Assembly: GCF_001194135.2 (NCBI RefSeq)
Contig: NC_068983.1
Coordinates: 75,860,346 to 75,899,653, forward strand
Source of the DNA: Octopus bimaculoides
Lineage: Eukaryota
Direction of reading: 5' to 3'
DNA length: 39,308 nucleotides
A program made the translations under genes and the position numbers. Under the pieces are notes generated by a model. It searched no databases. It was not told the DNA's origin and saw nothing but the letters and a program-made list of their open reading frames with translations. This document shows, one piece after another, positions 1-11,019 of this stretch (the first letter of the stretch is position 1; each line of letters opens with the position of its first letter).

Positions 1-32
<32 letters not shown>

Positions 33-57
33 ATGTGTGTAGTAGTAGTAGTAGTAG

Positions 58-108
<51 letters not shown>

Positions 109-110
109 AG
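1..110. repeat. Compound microsatellite (TA)n-(TG)n-(GTA)n-(CTA)n
   Basis: Direct reading of the sequence. Confidence 0.95.
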
Positions 111-224
111 CTGCCATTGCTACTGTCACATCTGCCTCTTTAGCAGCTTCATTTCCTTGAAATCCTTTACTAACTCACAGTCTGCGATACCAAAAGCAGA
201 GAAAAGGAAAGAAAGAAGGACTAC

Positions 225-737
225 GCGAGTCGAAACACTGCTGAATACTTAATGCATAATTCTTCTATTAACCTCTCGAATTGTTTTCGGTGATCCTGCT
301 TCATTAATGACTCTCCGTTGGACGTTGTTGATCGTAGAAGGTCGTCTGCAATCTTTCTCAACTTTAAAGCTCTGGTTATCTACTAAGAAAATTTTGAAAC
401 CATTGTTGAGCTATGAGCTATAAGCTATAAGTTATACGTTAGTTGACAGTCCTGTAGCCAAATAATTGACATTGAGAGTAGTTTCCGCTGCTTTACGTTC
501 CAGTTAGAATTCACTCAATAAAATTTCTCGAATTTTCTTTTTTTCCATTTTTGATTTGACAGCCTGAATTAAACAAGTATAAACAGCGGAAACTAAACCA
601 TTAACAGAAATCAAGAGACCGAAACTCGCATTTCAAAATGGATTAGTTTGTACATAGTTAAGTAAAAGTTTATTCCAAAATATGTATGAAAGTTTAAAAT
701 AAGAAAAACTGCAATTATTTTTGCATCACCAGCGTAA
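225..737 (-). mobile_element. Degenerate mariner (Tc1/mariner) 5' fragment: TIR plus N-terminal HTH region
   Basis: Minus strand from ATG at 548 reads MEKKKIREILLSEF*LERKAAETT; a downstream frame reads RRPSTINNVQRRVINEAGSPKTIREV (mariner 'GRPS..DNDQL..I.EADP..TTREV'). The end near 737 reads GGTGATGCAAAAATAATTGC, similar to mariner TIRs. Confidence 0.8.
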
Positions 738-2871
738 CGTGCTAAATAAATATAGAAAATCAGTGAGACAAGAAAAAAAAAAAAAGAAAAAATGTAGACG
801 GCATAACTTTATATGGGACTGGAGAAGGAAATCTGCTATATTTACATCAATCATTACAGCGAACATTGACAATTAGAGGATGAAGACGGCAGTGGTTCCT
901 TCAAGTGTGTTTAATCGATCGAACAGTGGAATTGATTGGATAAATTTTGCATCGGATGGTCGATTGAACTGATGTTTTAATTTGCTACAGGTTACAGCTC
1001 CTACTTCGTATATATTCTGATGAAATGCATTAATCTAGTTATATTTGAATGACAGAAGAATTTATGAAATTTGTACCATTTAGAAAATGTGTACTGATGC
1101 GTGTTATCGAACGAGAGAGACGGGGAAAAGCATTAATGTGGCGGCGTTAAGTCTGCCAAGTCGGGCACTAATAAGGCACTAATTCCACTCTGTCGCAAAA
1201 TGATTTTCGTCTAAAATTTACCATTTAGTATCAGCCATATAGACAACAAACTTTTAGTCAGTTACTAGGGTCAAACTTTTAACTATAAAATAATGATGTC
1301 ACTGCCTTATATAATTACTCAAACATATATATCTCCTTTTTCCTGATGCAACTCTACTTGATAGAAATCCTTTAAGGAATACAAACAATACTACACAACC
1401 TCCCGGTTTTGTGCTTAATATAATACCGATCAGTTAATTAGCTGTATTTATTCTATCACAGGGAATGTTATAGTTTCATCTTTGAAAGCATTGACAGAAA
1501 ATAAATCCAAACTAGTGTAATTTTTAGTTTAGTATTTTCGGTTATAAGCAGCTTTAGATAGAACGTGTACCATCAATATCAAAATAACGTGGCGTAATTG
1601 TTACTAATAAAGAATAAAACGAAAGTGGCATTATATACATATAGACGCTTTAAGTTCAAATGCGGCCGGAGTTGACCTTGTCTTTTATCCTTTCGAAGCT
1701 ATCAAGTTTAAAAAGGTTTCTTTGTAGCGTTAAGGACGATGTTTCAACAGCGGAGAAGCGCTGGAGCCTGGCACTTGTCACTGTGAGTTTATTGTTCCAA
1801 TAGTTCTTTCGCTATTACCATAATGACGAATGGAATGATGTTGTTAAATACACTACAAACCAACACACTTTTGGTTATATAACTTTAAGCAATACATTTT
1901 ACTGCCCATTAGCGGTTACAAATGACAACTGGTGTATGTCAGCTAAGTTTTGTCCTGTAATTTTTAAGTAAGACAAATTTAAAATACATTTTTCTTGATA
2001 TTTAACCCCCCTTCCCAAAGATATCTGTAAATTTTAGAAGAAAATATTGCAGGATAAAACTATAATAACTATGAGCGCATTCTTCCCTGTTTTCCATCAC
2101 GATTAATGAGACACCAGACCACCACAGAATATTATAGTTGAAATGTTATTCGTGGCATAAAAGGCAGTCTGTGGTTTCGGGGCAAATTTTTTAAGGTTCA
2201 AATTAAGTACAGTAAATGTATTTTTTGTAGCAACTCGAATAGCAAATCAACAACTAAAGTTTGGAGATAACGTACAGTATTCGTGTGGTACATCCAGCTG
2301 CCTGTAAGATATTACATTCGCGTCGGCAGTGAATAATATTTGTAATGTAGATTTAAAACTGAACTCGCATTTGCTTTACAGGTTTGCTTTAACAGAGGAA
2401 GTGTATGATGAAAGGCGCCTCAACTGTACTATTTCATCTTTATACATACCGGGGGCTAGATTTTCCATTGTATTTTGCATTTAAGGTTTGATATGGGGCT
2501 AAATACTGTTGTTTAGCCAAATTCGGTCCTGATCAAGTTGACGTTCAAGGGCATTTAAATGTTGAATTTAGATTATTATTTAAATGATACACTCTGGACT
2601 TGGTTGTCAAAAAAGGTCCTTTCTTAAGACGACAAACTATGATTTGAATGGGATTTAGCATGAAGCAGATTGCACGACCACTTCCAGGCACCTTTTACTC
2701 ACGAAATATATTAAAATTTAGCAGGTGGATGAATGTGATCTTTCACAATCCTGAGGAGCGGCTACCGTAGCTGAACTCACAACATTATCACAATCGTGGA
2801 ATAATAATAAAGGCACTTTAATCTTGAGAGCGCACGCTTGATAGACAGCAGCTAATACGGTCAGCTTTTAC

Positions 2872-3045
2872 TAAACAGTTCTGGATCAGGTCCATTTGAG
2901 CAACTGTATGATCAATTGCATTCCAGCCATGACCATTGTGTCATTTTGCATGTCTACAACTACATTTTTTCTCCATTTTTAAACTGTAGTGTGTGATTGA
3001 GGAAGACTGGTTGCTATATCAAGCAGGCTGAGTGATCATGTTTAG
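2872..3045 (+). repeat. Degenerate ~200-bp dispersed repeat (same family as 26418-26998; partial copies near 2505 and 23190)
   Basis: Shared motifs TTTAG/C..CAG, (CC)TATGATC....ATTCCAGC..TGA, GATTT.GCTGCTAT..C.AGCAGG. Confidence 0.5.
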
Positions 3046-3860
3046 GCTATCTCGTCTCCTGCAGAGATTTTCTCGTTTGCTCTTAAGTTCAGAGGTCAGA
3101 GGTCAGATATTGATTTTGAGACAACAGTGTAGTGGCAACGAAGACGAATCGGTCATTCATTGTACAATCTTCTTGTAACGATTGAAAATAAATTGCCAAT
3201 AAAGTAGGAGCAATTACAGAGACGGTCAACCCGAAAAAAACACGTTCCGTATTTATCTAACAAATGAACTACATTTTCGTAATTAAATCCGTTTTAAGCG
3301 TCCTTCATTTATAACAAAATAGTCACGGATAACGATCTTAGTTGTTGAACTTTCGTTACTAACATGGAGACAAATTTCCGGATAAATACGTGACTCGGCG
3401 TCATCTCATGTTTTTGTAGCAGTAAGAAAAGCACAGAGATAAAAGAGGAAGTGAAAACGTTAAGCAGAACACAAATGTTTCTGGATAAGACATCTGTACA
3501 TCATGTATCATTGAGTATGCATACTTAGATGCTTGGATACACATATTAATGCACACATAAATAGATGCAGCCATACATGCACACATAACTACACACATAC
3601 ATATATACATATGAATGTATCACACATACATGACTGCATACATATATATGGTTAACAAATAGAGAAATACGTACAAGAGTAATATTTTTGCATATATGCA
3701 GAACAGAGCACTATTCTGTAATGCATTTGTAGTACCTGATACTAAGTGTTTGGGATACTTGACTGATGTATTGAAGAGATACGATCCATGGATATTAAAA
3801 TCTGTAAATCTAATACCCTCTGGAAGCTTCCTCAGATGTAATAATATTTATAGGTCTTAA

Positions 3861-4057
3861 AGAAGGCGACGAGCTGACAGAAGCGTTAGCATGTTGGGAA
3901 AAATGCTTAGCGGCATTTTTTCCGATTTACGTTCTGAGTTCAAATGCCTTTTATCTTTTCAGAGTCAATAAAATAAGTACCAGTTGAACACTGGGGTCGA
4001 ACTAATCGACTTCCTCCTTACCCCGAAATTGCTGACCTTGTGCCAAAATTTGAAACC
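3861..4057 (+). mobile_element. tRNA-derived SINE (family A) with 18-bp target-site duplication
   Basis: Head GAGCTGACAGAAGCGTTAGC, B-box-like GAGTTCAAAT, core AAGTACCAGTTGAACACTGGGGTCGA. Flanked by AATATTTATAGGTCTTAA at 3843-3860 and 4058-4075. Confidence 0.85.
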
Positions 4058-4094
4058 AATATTTATAGGTCTTAAGAGTGTAGGGCAAAAGGTT

Positions 4095-4763
4095 TAAGAT
4101 GATGTAGGTGCTGGGAAGTGGTCAGTGCTAGAGTGTGCGGGGTGGTGTGATGTGGTGTGGTGTGGTATGGTGGTGTGGTGGTGTGTGGTATGGTGGTGTG
4201 GTGGTGTGGTGGTGTGTGGTGTGGTGTGGTGGTGTTGGAGTTTGGGGGAGGCGAGAGTAGGGGAAGCAAGGATGGGGTCTAAGAAATGGGGTGGGGTGGG
4301 ATGTATAGAGATGTTGGGGTAGGAATGTGTAGGCGTGGGGTAACGAGGGAAGGGTGACGATGAAGGGAGAGGGTGGAAGAAAGAAGGTGGGTAGGAGTGA
4401 AGAGAGGAAGTAGGTGCCAGAGCAAGAGAGGAGAGGTGAGTGGGAGGATGTAGGTGTGAGAGGAAGAGAGGAGAGAGGAGGACGGTTAGATGAAAAGAGG
4501 AGGAGATTTGAGTCCATGTGGCGCAAAGGAGCGAAGTGAGAAGATTAATTACTGCTCACGGCGAAGACGGGAGTCCGGATGACCCTTGTACAGAGACAAT
4601 CCGAACACAGACAGGTGTTGTAAAGAGTGACCGGTAGAGCGAAAATGGCGCGAGACCGGGGTGTCGTTGCCGAGTCAGATGTCTCGGAGGTGTTCCGCGA
4701 ACCGGTCAGCCAAGCAGCGTTCCGTTTGACCGATGTGTAGAGAAGGACAGAGAAAGCAGGAGA
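4095..4763 (-). mobile_element. Neptune-type Penelope-like element, 5'-truncated copy A (GIY-YIG C-terminal half plus repeat-rich 3' UTR)
   Basis: Minus strand encodes YIGQT.R.LADRFAEHL...HFRSTGHSLQHL...APHGL..PPLFI*; high DNA similarity to 16250-16550 and 29690-29960. Confidence 0.9.
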
Positions 4764-4838
4764 ATAATAATAACAACAACAACAACAACAACAACAATAA
4801 TAATAATAATAATGATAATAATAGTAATAATAATAAAC
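4764..4838. repeat. (AAT)n/(AAC)n microsatellite joining the PLE copy to the Helitron fragment
   Basis: Direct reading. Confidence 0.9.
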
Positions 4839-4901
4839 GACAATACAAAATTTACCCATTTTATGAAGGGAGGTAAAGTCTATCACATTTGTTGAAGGAA
4901 A

Positions 4902-6289
4902 TTACGTAAGAGCTTCTGGGTAAACAACATTCTTTGTTTTCTGGTTGGGAGCATAGACAAATAAGTCTTGCAAACTACCAACCCTAGAGCAACCAACATA
5001 AAGGTGACCAAGAGAAAAGCGAGGCTCAATTAAGTGCAAGCCAGTAGATTTCAAAGTTTGACCATGAGCTTTATTAATAGACATTGCGAAGCCAAATCGC
5101 ACTGGGAATTGTGTTCTTTGAACACGAATGGCATGTCAGCTGGTTTGATTGGAATTCTTGTAATGAAAACCTCTTCCCCAGGGGCACATCCAGTGATGAT
5201 GGTAGCTTCTGTCACATTAGGTGATAATGTTTTCACAATCGACCTTGTCCCATTGCATAATTTAGGAGGATCTAAAATTCTTAGAAGCATTATTGGGTCT
5301 CCTACCTTCAGAAAAAGTTTATGCGGAGGAATTCCAGGTGGCTCAAGAAAATTAAGGAACTCTGGTGGGTAATGGACTGATTTGTACTCCTTAATGATTG
5401 TTGTAGTCTTATTCATTAATTCATGGTTAATTCTTGCTACTATCATTTTTTGGAGCAAGAATTGCCCTTTTATATAACAATTTATGTGAATTATGATTAG
5501 TACTTAAGTCTGGAAATACCATGTTCTTCAGCTGGGGAATTCACCATGATAGCGATGTATGCCAAATTGATATCACCATTACCATCAAATAGTACTTTCC
5601 CATTTCCTAATTGGAAGAGCAGTGTTGAAAACTGTTCTGCATATTGATCTCCAAGTTATAAAGCTCGCATGTTTGTATTGAAGGAGAATTTCTGTACTTT
5701 ATTCCATATGTGTGAAAACAATGCATGCTTTTATTTCATTAGATCTTGTTCCTCTCGGTATGACTAGTAATATCTGTCTAAAGTTGCCTGATAAAACTAA
5801 TGTAACTCCTTTCATAGATTTATTGTTGCCTCTTATGTCGTTAAAGTCTTACCAAGAGCTTCCATTGCACCTCTATGTGACATGGTACATTCATTCCAAA
5901 TGACCAAATGGCATTGGCTCAACACTTCTGCTGAACCCGAACCTTTGCTTACAAATTGGACTGCTATTTGTGACCAGGTTTAGTGGTAATTTAAAAGCAG
6001 CTTGTCTTTGTCTTGCATCCTTTAAACGTTTTTCTCTTTCCTCTTTTGACTCTTGGCTCCTGCAGATTGCATTTTGTTGACGTAATTGTTCTAACCGTTC
6101 TTCCCGTGCCTCTTATGATTCATTGGCTCTGCGTTCAGCAACTCACCTTCGGTCGTTTTCATGTCTTTGCTGTCGTTGTGCAGGTGTCTCTAGTGACCTT
6201 ATTCTGGCTACCTATACTCGTTTTTGCTTCACTGTAGAATACTGATCATCTACATCTACCCCGTATCCTCTTGTAGAGAGTGAGAACAT
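4902..6289 (-). mobile_element. Internally deleted Helitron RepHel pseudogene: N-terminal charged (STPR-like) repeats fused to the PIF1-family helicase from motif Ia to the C-terminus
   Basis: Helicase motifs FKLPLNL, LVIWNECTMSH, LSGNFRQIL, YPPEFLN..PPGIPPHKL.LKVG.PIMLLR.LDPPKLCNGTR, FAMSINKAHGQTL, GHLYVGCSRV, TKNVVYPEAL*. N-terminal ETPAQRQQRHE..ANES*EAREERLEQLRQ..SQESKEEREKRLKDAR; putative ATG at 6289. Multiple stops and frameshifts. Confidence 0.92.
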
Positions 6290-6387
6290 TTTTCTCGGAA
6301 ACTTTTTCGAAAATTAAAACAAGGATTAAATGAAAAGAATGAGTGAATATCTTCACAAGAGTGATTGAAATAAATGGCGATTGTGGA

Positions 6388-6388
6388 A

Positions 6389-6448
<60 letters not shown>

Positions 6449-6470
6449 CACACAAACACACACACACACA
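6388..6470. repeat. (GCAC)n-(AC)n microsatellite
   Basis: Direct reading. Confidence 0.95.
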
Positions 6471-6582
6471 AACATACAGTATCAAACATCAGTGTCTCTC
6501 TCACCCGCTATCCCTCTCTCATTCAACTTGTTCTATACAACATATTTTGTTTTTTCTTCTAATATAAGGAACAATTTCATTC

Positions 6583-6610
6583 CCGGGCAACGCCGGTTGC
6601 CTCTGCTAGT
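6583..6610 (+). mobile_element. Helitron-type 3' terminus: GC-rich hairpin followed by CTAG|T
   Basis: CCGGGCAACGCCGG at 6583-6596, CTAG at 6606-6609, then T. Confidence 0.8.
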
Positions 6611-6705
6611 ACAAACACACACATGTATGTATGTATGTATGTATGTATGTATGTATGTATGTATGTATGTATGTGAGTGTGTGTGTGTGTGTGTTGAGTG
6701 TATGA

Positions 6706-7013
6706 AGGCGTGTGACTTTGTGGTTAAGGGTATTCAGCTCACGATGTAAGGTTGTGAGTTCGAATCCTTGTACTCTTGAGCAAGACACTTTATTTCACTT
6801 TGCTCAAGTCCATTCAGCTGGCAAAAATGAGTTGTATCAGTAATTCAAAAGGGTTAGCATTGTCACATTATGTGTCATGCTTAATCTCTCTGAAAACTAC
6901 GTTAAGAGTATGAGTGTCTGTGGAGTGCTCAGCCACTTGCACGTTAATTTCACGAGCAGGCTGTACCGTTGATCGGATCAACTGGAACCCTCGTCGTTGT
7001 AATCGATGAAGTG
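6706..7013 (+). mobile_element. tRNA-derived SINE (family C)
   Basis: A-box-like TGACTTTGTGGTTAAG, B-box GAGTTCGAATCC, central CTTGAGCAAGACACTTTATTTCAC core. Confidence 0.75.
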
Positions 7014-7084
7014 TTACCTACCTACCTACCTATCTATACATATATAGGTAGGTAGCTGTATATCTAGGTATGAANNNNNNNNNN

Positions 7085-7120
<36 letters not shown>

Positions 7121-7274
7121 CATACATGCTTGTATGCATACGTACACACCTAACAACCTACTTACCTACCCACCTAACAACCTATCCACATACCTATCCA
7201 CCACCTTCCTATCTACCTACATCCGTACTTGCAAACATATTTAACCTAGCTGCTTACATTCGTACATGAACAAT

Positions 7275-7308
<34 letters not shown>

Positions 7309-7839
7309 TATATGTATGTATGTTTGTATGTATGTATGTGTGCATATATGTATGTGTGTGTGTATATGCATATGTATGCGTGCATGTGTATGTAGGTATG
7401 TATGTATGTATGTATGTACCGATCAACAAATAAGCTAACCATTAATCCGGCAAATATCTCCATATGTGCTGCTTGCTAACAATATGTGCCTGCTCAAGTT
7501 CGGTGGTTGAACCAAGGCTGTATTAAATAAATAAAAATCGTTTAAGTTGTAAACAACCTTAAATTTAATCACAGCTAAAATCTCATGAAACTTTTAAATA
7601 CAATCATCGTCTAATTAAATTGCATAATTAAATATTAAGCATAAGGAAAACAAAATTATCGTGGACAACGCGTAAGCGTATGTAGTTTCAACGTATAATG
7701 CATAGTTTCAGACTATAATGTATACAGAGTTGCTTCCCGTTTAAATTGACACAAATTTTATCTGAAAGAACATCGGCGAATGTCTTGAAACACATCAAAA
7801 TGAACAAGAAGTAAAGTTCACAGAGAAAGTTGTACATTA

Positions 7840-8092
7840 CGCACTTGCCCTTACCTCTCCAACACCACCTTCCTCACAGGTACCCATCATCGACTCTATC
7901 ATATCACTGTCTCCTTCACCTGCACTTCTATCAATGTCATCCACTACATCTCCTGCTCTCTCTGTCCTTCTCTATACATCGGTCAAACGGGACGCCGCTT
8001 GGCAAAGACACCCCGGTCTCGCGCCAGTTCCGCTCTACCGGTCACTCTTTACAACATTGTCTGTGTTCGGATTTTCCTTGCACAAGGGCCAT
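7840..8092 (+). mobile_element. Neptune-type PLE copy B (GIY-YIG fragment with internal deletion)
   Basis: RTCPYLSNTT..TGTHHR.YHIT.SFTCTS.NVI...LYIGQTGRR; similar to 16155-16440. Confidence 0.9.
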
Positions 8093-8124
8093 CTGTGTGT
8101 GTGGGTGTGCGTGGGTTTCATATA

Positions 8125-8480
8125 TTTTACTTGTTTCAGTCATTAGACTGCGACTATGCTGGGATACCGCCTCGAAGAATTTAGTCGAACAAACCGATTC
8201 CAGTACTTATTTTTTTCTCTAAGCCTGGTATTGCTGAATCGCTAAGTTACGAGGACGTAATCAAACCCAAACCCCTTTTCAAGTGGTAACGGGGTAAAAC
8301 AGGAACACAAAGACATATACATACAACGGGCTGCTTTCAGTTTCTGTCTATCAAATCCATTTACAAGGCTTTGAATCGGCCGGGGCTATAATAGAAGTCA
8401 CATGTCTAAAGTATCACGCAGTGGAATTGAACCAAAAACCGTGTGATGGGGAAACAAATTTCTTACCGCACAGCCATTCC
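8125..8480 (-). mobile_element. tRNA-derived SINE (family B), near full length
   Basis: Minus-strand head GGCTGTGCGGTAAG..GGTTCAATTCCACTGCGTG and tail GCAGTCTAATGACTGAAACAAGTAAAA; same family as 13586-13896 and 24638-25415. Confidence 0.8.
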
Positions 8481-9179
8481 ACTAACATTAAGCGGGGAAA
8501 AAATATACTGGAAACTGAGTTGGGACTTAGAAGTTTCTAGCATCTTATTTTGAAAGCTACTTCTATGCAATCAGGATATAGAAATTATCATAAAATTTAT
8601 TATTTGCACTAGACAAAACACATAACAGATTACAAGAAATATAAGAATGTAAACACCAAACTCTGAACGCAAACAAATTACTGTGAACTTAGAGAATAAA
8701 ATTCACACATGAACCATGATGTAGTGACGTGTGCAGTTTGAAATAAGAAAAGATATATAAAAAATCCCCGCAAAACCTCAAAAATGTTAGAGGCAAAACC
8801 TCAAAAATTTTGGGAGGTACTGGATGTAACAAATAACAGGTAAACTTCAACGAAGCAAAACCGGTGCATCACAATAATATCAGTGGAATAGGCAAATAAA
8901 TAAATGAACAACAAACCCAGTATTGCTATTTGGGATAGCAAATATACAACTGTTCAGTCGTATTAACCAATAGACAACTTCCTCAAATATGGTAAAAAGA
9001 AAACAAGAAGAGAAAGAAGGCATGTCTGGACTACTGTGAAGAAGTTCACACAGGTACTATCACAAAATTTTTATCTTATCTTAATAACGATCGAAATAAT
9101 AAATGCTGCAATGCAGTAAGCCACTTTGGGTTCAAGAAGATACTCCATACAGTACAAGTGATAGTCAAATATATCTAGC

Positions 9180-9234
<55 letters not shown>

Positions 9235-9289
9235 CTAATTAGCACCCTTGGCTCTATGGGACTGAAAATTAATATCGAGACCTATCTCA

Positions 9290-10850
9290 CACCGCGGACT
9301 TCTTAGACGTCATGTTCGACTTGGGCTCCAGGACATACAGACCCTACTGCAAACCAAATGAGAGGCTGGCGCACATCAGCACACCTTCCTGCCACCCATC
9401 TATTGTGTTCAAAAAGCTTGTGAAGGGTGTTAGCATGAGGATCACGAACCTTTCCTCTAGCCATGAAAGTTTTGATGCAGCAGCTCCCCACTACAACGAG
9501 GCACTAGCTGCTAGCAGATTTAGGAACTGTATCTCCTACATACCGGGCCCTATCACCCGCAGAAGGAAGCACCGCAGAAATATTTGGTTTGCATCCACCT
9601 TCTCTCTCAACGTAAAAATGTGTAAAGGTAGGATATTCCTTAGGCCAGTAAAACACTTCACACGTTCACATAGGTACAGACGCACTTTCAACAGGTACAA
9701 CATTAAAGTCTCTTTTAGCTGCGCCCCCCCATATTAGGAGCATTTTAGTTCTCACTCCTAGGCCACGGGATGTTCATGATAGGTCTACAACAGTTGCCCA
9801 GAGGGAGGCCATTGCGAAATTAAGGGAGTCATCTATGAAGCTGAAGTACTAGTTGATCCTAGTAGCAACAGCAACAGCATCAGTAGCTTCCCAGACGACT
9901 ACCACTACAGTAGCAGGAATGTCAGTATAAATAGCAGCAGAAACAGCAGCAGAAATACGAACAGAATTAGCGGTAGCACTATCGTCAGCGATAACATTAA
10001 CGACAGCAATGGCAGTATCCCTAACAGAAATAGCGGCAGAACCATCGCAAATGATAACTATAACAACAGTGACAGCACCACTCACCATGATAGCACCAAC
10101 AGCTCTAACAACACCAGCAACGATGACCACAACACCAACAACAGCAGCACCACCGTTGATATCCCCTACGTCAGTAGTAACAGCATCAATGCCATTGCCA
10201 CCTTCAACGACACCAATAACAGCATCAACAGCACCAGTGCCAACAACAGCGGTAACATCAGCATCAACACCAGCGGATACAACATTGCCAACACCAGCAC
10301 ACGAAGATACACCGGAAGCTCTATTAACACGTTCAAGCAACGCTTCTCCAACCACAAATCCTCTTTCAGGATACCGGAAAGGAGATATGCCACATCATTA
10401 GCCAGCCATGTATGGCGGCTAAAGGACGAAGGAATTCCACGCATAATATCATGGAGAATCTTAGAAAATTCAGACCCTACATAAATGGGACCAAGCGTTG
10501 TAAACTGTTCATAGCCGAACCGGGGAACATCCTTAACTCCAGAATGGAAGTCTTCGGACCCTGTTTGCACTCCAGGAAATGCCTGCTGGCGTTCTGAAAC
10601 CCACACGCTAAAAAAGTCGATTACAAATAACAGCCAAAGGGAGATAATCCCCTAGACCTCTTGCTACAGGGTCCATATGCCAGCAGGCTTTGGGGTTTGA
10701 TGAGGGCTTTATGGACGTGAAACGCATATGGACGTGAAACCCATATATATATGGTCTGAATTTATTAACGATGTGAAGTTAAATATATATACGATGAAAG
10801 TCACCTCATGCCCGAAACATGCACCAACAATATTTCCATTGTCTAAATGT
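9290..10850 (+). mobile_element. Second PLE lineage (Naiad-like): RT C-terminus/linker, Cys-rich motif, GIY-YIG endonuclease interrupted by a low-complexity insert, and 3' UTR
   Basis: YRPYCKPN..HPSIV..RITNLSS..YNEAL..RRNIWF..TFNRYNIKVSFSC; then SCPEGGHCEIKGVIYEAEV (9792-9848); RRYTGSSINTFKQRFSNHKSSF..TSLASHVWRLK..WRILE (10302-10466); after a frameshift PYINGTKRCKL..NSR..CLH. PLE call is firm; the Naiad clade call rests on motif memory and is less certain. Confidence 0.88.
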
Positions 10851-10854
10851 CATA

Positions 10855-11015
10855 ATATTGGTTTCAAATTCTGGTACAAGGCCGACAATTTCGTGTGAGT
10901 TAGGGAGTGGATTACATCGAACTCAGTGCTCAACGAGTAATTATTTTATCGGCCCCGAAAAAATGAAAGGCTGCTTCGACCTCTGCGCCAATTAGAACGT
11001 AAGGACAGGCGAAAT
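10855..11015 (-). mobile_element. Degenerate SINE (family A)
   Basis: Reverse-strand match to the 3861-4057 tail (GCCTTGTACCAGAATTTGAAACCAATATT) and core. Confidence 0.7.
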
Positions 11016-11019
11016 TTTT

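Noticed and set aside
222-378. Minus-strand frame with a BH3-like motif (LRKIADDL) after an acceptor-like site
   Set aside because: The overlapping frame aligns with the mariner transposase N-terminus, continuing from the MEKKK start, so the motif is most likely an off-frame coincidence.
6706-6775. tRNA gene
   Set aside because: A/B boxes are present but no cloverleaf; it continues into a SINE body.
9849-10401. Val/Ala-rich (minus, 168 aa) and Thr/Pro-rich (plus, 130 aa) ORFs
   Set aside because: They are alternative frames of the trinucleotide insert inside the PLE endonuclease.
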